Shown piece after piece: positions 39,118-40,193 of a DNA stretch of 40,193 nt. The stretch is from contig JBECKX010000023.1 of assembly GCA_040235515.1 (NCBI GenBank), positions 1-40,193 of the forward strand, read 5' to 3'. The DNA comes from Candidatus Zixiibacteriota bacterium (GTDB lineage Bacteria; Zixibacteria; MSB-5A5; CAIYYT01). Numbering within the stretch: the first letter of the stretch is position 1; each line of letters starts with the position of its first letter. Made by a program: the position numbers and the translations under genes. The notes beneath the pieces were generated by a model. The model had not been told where the DNA came from and made no database searches. It saw nothing but the letters and a program-made list of their open reading frames with translations.

Positions 39118-40193
39118 ATGAAGTCAGTTGCCGAGCAGATGAGTATCATCCGGGAGAACACAGTCGAGATACTGCCGGACGGAGAACTTGAGAAAAAGCT
39201 CGAAAGATCAATCAAGGAAAACAAGCCACTCGTGATAAAGCAGGGCTTCGATCCGACAGCCCCCGACATCCATCTTGGTCACACGGTCGGATTGAGAAAG
39301 CTGAAGCAATTCTGCGATCTCGGCCATCAGGTCGTCGTGATCATCGGGGACTACACGGCGCAGGTCGGCGACCCATCGGGGCGTTCGGCTACACGCCCGC
39401 AATTGACCAAGGAGCAGGTGGAAGCAAACGCGCAAACCTATCTTGAGCAGTTCTTCAAAGTGCTACCTGAAGACCAGGTGCAGGTGCGTCGCAACGGTGA
39501 ATGGTTCGAAAAGATGCCGTTTTCAGATATACTGCGCCTCTGCGGCAAGATGACGCTGGCCCGGATGCTGGAACGAGAGGATTTCACCAAGCGCTGGAAA
39601 GAGGAAGCTCCAATTTCGATTCATGAGCTGCTTTATCCGCTGATGCAGGCCTATGACTCAGTAGCGATCAAGGCGGATGTCGAATTGGGCGCTACCGAGC
39701 AGAAGTTCAACCTGCTCACAGGGCGGCAAATCCAGGAGGCGTATGGGGTTGAACCGCAGATTGCTCTGACTCTGCCCGTGCTGGAGGGCACCGACGGTAT
39801 CCAGCGAATGAGCAAATCGATCGGTAACTACGTCGGTATTTCGGAACCGCCGAAAGAGATCTTCGGCAAGATTATGTCGATTCCGGACCGGCTGATTGTG
39901 CCATACTTCAAGCTGGTGAGTGATCTCGACTCTGTCAAAATAGGTGAAATCGAGAGCGCAATCGAATCAGGCACGAACCCGATGGAGTATAAGAAGGAAC
40001 TAGGTCGAGTTATCGTGCGTATGTACTATGACGAAGCCGCTGCCCGCGAAGCCCAGCGTGAGTTCGAACAGGTATTCGCCAGGGGCGGCTTGCCCGATGA
40101 AATTCCTGAAGTCGAGTTCTGCTGGAATGAGTCGGAAGTCTGGTTGCCGAAAATGATGGCTGAAATCAACGCCGCTTCGGGAACCGGAGAGGC
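39118..40193 (+). CDS. tyrS: Tyrosyl-tRNA synthetase, 3'-truncated (absent from the ORF track because it runs off the window)
   Basis: GGAGG then ATG MKSVAEQ...GFDPTAPDIHLGH...GDPSGRS...YPLMQAYD...RMSKSIGNY. Confidence 0.95.
   Translation, partial: MKSVAEQMSIIRENTVEILPDGELEKKLERSIKENKPLVIKQGFDPTAPDIHLGHTVGLRKLKQFCDLGHQVVVIIGDYTAQVGDPSGRSATRPQLTKEQVEANAQTYLEQFFKVLPEDQVQVRRNGEWFEKMPFSDILRLCGKMTLARMLEREDFTKRWKEEAPISIHELLYPLMQAYDSVAIKADVELGATEQKFNLLTGRQIQEAYGVEPQIALTLPVLEGTDGIQRMSKSIGNYVGISEPPKEIFGKIMSIPDRLIVPYFKLVSDLDSVKIGEIESAIESGTNPMEYKKELGRVIVRMYYDEAAAREAQREFEQVFARGGLPDEIPEVEFCWNESEVWLPKMMAEINAASGTGE

Overview
Bacterial chromosomal core region, moderately GC-rich and mostly + strand. The LpxC-FabZ fusion and SprA homologue, together with strong Shine-Dalgarno sites and sigma70-like promoters, suggest an FCB-superphylum organism outside Bacteroidota (Zixibacteria-like; inference). 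Gene order: 5'-truncated sprA, comEA-like, a lipid A operon (lpxC-fabZ, lpxA, gnnA-like, lpxB, waaA, lpxK) coupled to nadB and guaA, fumC, a REP/boxC palindrome cluster, a TolB-like lipoprotein, a membrane-anchored hypothetical, pfkA, a small orphan ORF, tRNA-Ile2(CAT), tRNA-Val(CAC), a zinc-ribbon protein, guaB, RNase P RNA, recJ, a B12 acyl-CoA mutase cluster (meaB, large and small subunits, acyl-CoA dehydrogenase, MBL hydrolase, carboxyltransferase), a lipoprotein, NUDIX, TPR, DMT, CBS, a dicarboxylate symporter and 3'-truncated tyrS. No CRISPR array, transposase or prophage was seen. The most interesting signals are non-coding: a kissing-loop RNA with an SD-sequestering hairpin in the fumC leader, a second architecturally similar element before the NUDIX gene, a pyrL-like uORF crossing a terminator upstream of zinc-ribbon-guaB, and two large structured intergenic elements in the mutase cluster. 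The mutase carries isobutyryl-CoA rather than methylmalonyl-CoA mutase residues. All RNA structures were paired by eye and are untested.
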